From the NCBI RefSeq assembly GCF_001194135.2, contig NC_068983.1, forward strand, positions 135,047,921 through 135,111,920: a stretch of 64,000 nt of DNA, read 5' to 3'. The notes under the pieces were generated by a model. That model was given only the letters and a program-made list of their open reading frames with translations, was not told where the DNA came from and searched no databases. Shown one piece after another: positions 62,265 through 64,000 of this stretch; the stretch's first letter is position 1; every line of letters starts with the position of its first letter. Made by a program: the position numbers and the translations under genes. This stretch comes from Octopus bimaculoides (Eukaryota).

Positions 62265-62987
62265 TATAGCTTTGAATAAATAACTGCTAAAATAGTTACA
62301 GAAAGTAGTTACAGACCTTCCCTTGCTGTCTGGGTTTCAGACAAATGTTGCTGCTGAAACTCCTTATAAATCCTGGCTGGGGCACCATTTTCTTGAGAAA
62401 AGTCAACATCTATGTATCATACATAAGTCTGATACATAGATTGATATTTTAATTTAATACTGTTTCTATTGCATAATACACACACACACACGCACATGAC
62501 AGTTGTAAACGAGCATCGTTTCCAATCTTCAGTAAAATACGTATCTAGCCATGGAGAAATGTTACCTTGCCTGGAAACAACTGAGGTTTGGTAACTGAAA
62601 GGGCATCCTGCCGTAGAAAATCTGCCTCGACAAATTCCATCCCATACAACCAAGCATGCAAAAGTGGACGCTAAAACGTTGATGATTATTATTTCACGTG
62701 TATATATACGTGTGTGTGTGTGTGTGTGTGTACATACACGCATACACGCGCACACACACACACAATTTTAAATAGTATGACTATTTATCGTAAATGAGCT
62801 GCAGAACAAACATGACTTTGTAGCCCAACTAATATCTTAGCGGCTTTACCACAGCTATGTGTACGTCGTGTGTGTGTGAGCGCGAGTGCGCCTGATTACG
62901 GGTGCGCATGGTTGTGTGTGTGTTTATTAGTGAGACGGTTCACGAGGTCTTCGAATCCATAAATCATAGAAAAGTTAATTAATTAAC

Positions 62988-63580
62988 GGATCTTTTTTTA
63001 AACGGGGGCCACATTTTTCATTAACGAAACACTTTGAAACTTGGAACACTGGTAGAATGTGTCATATAAAACATCTTTTTCTCTTAGTCTTCTTAAAAAA
63101 AAAAAGAAATCCCTAAGTTATTCCATGTTAAAGTTGTCGTATTTCTGTAATTTCAACCAATCACTGACGTCCATTCAGCCGATATACATTAAGTGCCGAC
63201 TACATAAACAAACGATTCTGAAACAGTTCTATCGGTGATAGGGTTAGGGTTATGGTTAGGGTTAGGGTAAAACAGCAAATTTAAAAAGAAAAAAAGCAAA
63301 TAAAACGAAGAAAAAAAAAAGAAAATGAAAAAAGCAAATAAAACGAAGCTATGGCTTAATCAGCCAAAGGAGTAAATATAAACAACTGAATACTTGTCAG
63401 TGATTTGTTGAAATTATCGAAATAAGACAATTTTTTACATGAAATAAATTCGAATACAAAAATATTTTTCTGTTCTATAACACAAAATAGATAAGTATAC
63501 GAAGTTTGAAAGTCTTTCGCTACCAAAAACACTACGTAAAACATTAATGAAAAATGTGGCCCCCGTTTTAAAAAAGATCC
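62988..63580. mobile_element. Non-autonomous element with 37-bp terminal inverted repeats and internal (TTAGGG)-like tract
   Basis: 62988-63024 and 63544-63580 are reverse complements (36/37); tagggttagggttatggttagggttagggt at 63239-63268. Confidence 0.75.
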
Positions 63581-64000
63581 TAATTAACAAATATTTCTTT
63601 GTCAAATTACTTATTAACTGACAATACACGACTTGTACACAAAGATGACACAATTTATATGAACGGTATTAATTACATCCAACTGTACAATAAAATTACC
63701 TTTTATTCCACACATTGAATATAAGAGAAAACAAAAAACACATTAAATCTGGTTTAGTTGTAATTTTCCTATAACCTTTCCCCTTGGATTCGTAGTTACA
63801 GAAATAAGAGTAGCAGCAACAAACTTCTTTTGTAGTAATTATTTAAAACTTTCTCGGTGATGACTGTTGTGCTATCTAAATGGTGATAGTATTGTTAACA
63901 GTGTGATGGTTGGGTTGAGAGATATATTCTATAGCTGTGTGTATAGATAAATGCAGCGTTTTGTCGAAAATTCGCAGTACCATACAGATACACGTATGCA

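Noticed and set aside
63239-63268. True telomere or chromosome end
   Set aside because: Only about 5 imperfect units, internal to an inverted-repeat element.

Overview
AT-rich, repeat-dense animal genomic DNA with assembly gaps. It is most likely octopus/coleoid cephalopod, inferred from the arginine kinase sequence and the SINE/RTE repertoire. Two convergent spliced genes are supported. (1) The 3' part of GDAP2 (macro domain C-terminus plus CRAL-TRIO/BCH-like domain) lies on + with 9 visible exons from 708 to the stop at 16147; one exon appears to be lost in a gap. (2) Arginine kinase lies on - with five shared exons (35220 to the stop at 30759). The main finding is that arginine kinase has TWO paralogous, intact first coding exons (52011-51861, MADGEELF..., and 41051-40904, MSDLKELW...). 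They are about 67% identical in protein, both end in a phase-1 GTAAG donor that fits the shared exon 2, and each has its own CCAAT+TATA promoter. This predicts 349-aa and 348-aa isoenzymes with different N-terminal domains from one gene body. The rest of the window is transposon debris: RTE LINE pieces, tRNA-derived SINEs (including a same-orientation pile-up upstream of the distal AK promoter), mariner/hAT fossils, MITEs, an LTR with a primer-binding site, and micro/minisatellites. No tools were used; family names and reference sequences are from recall and need confirmation.
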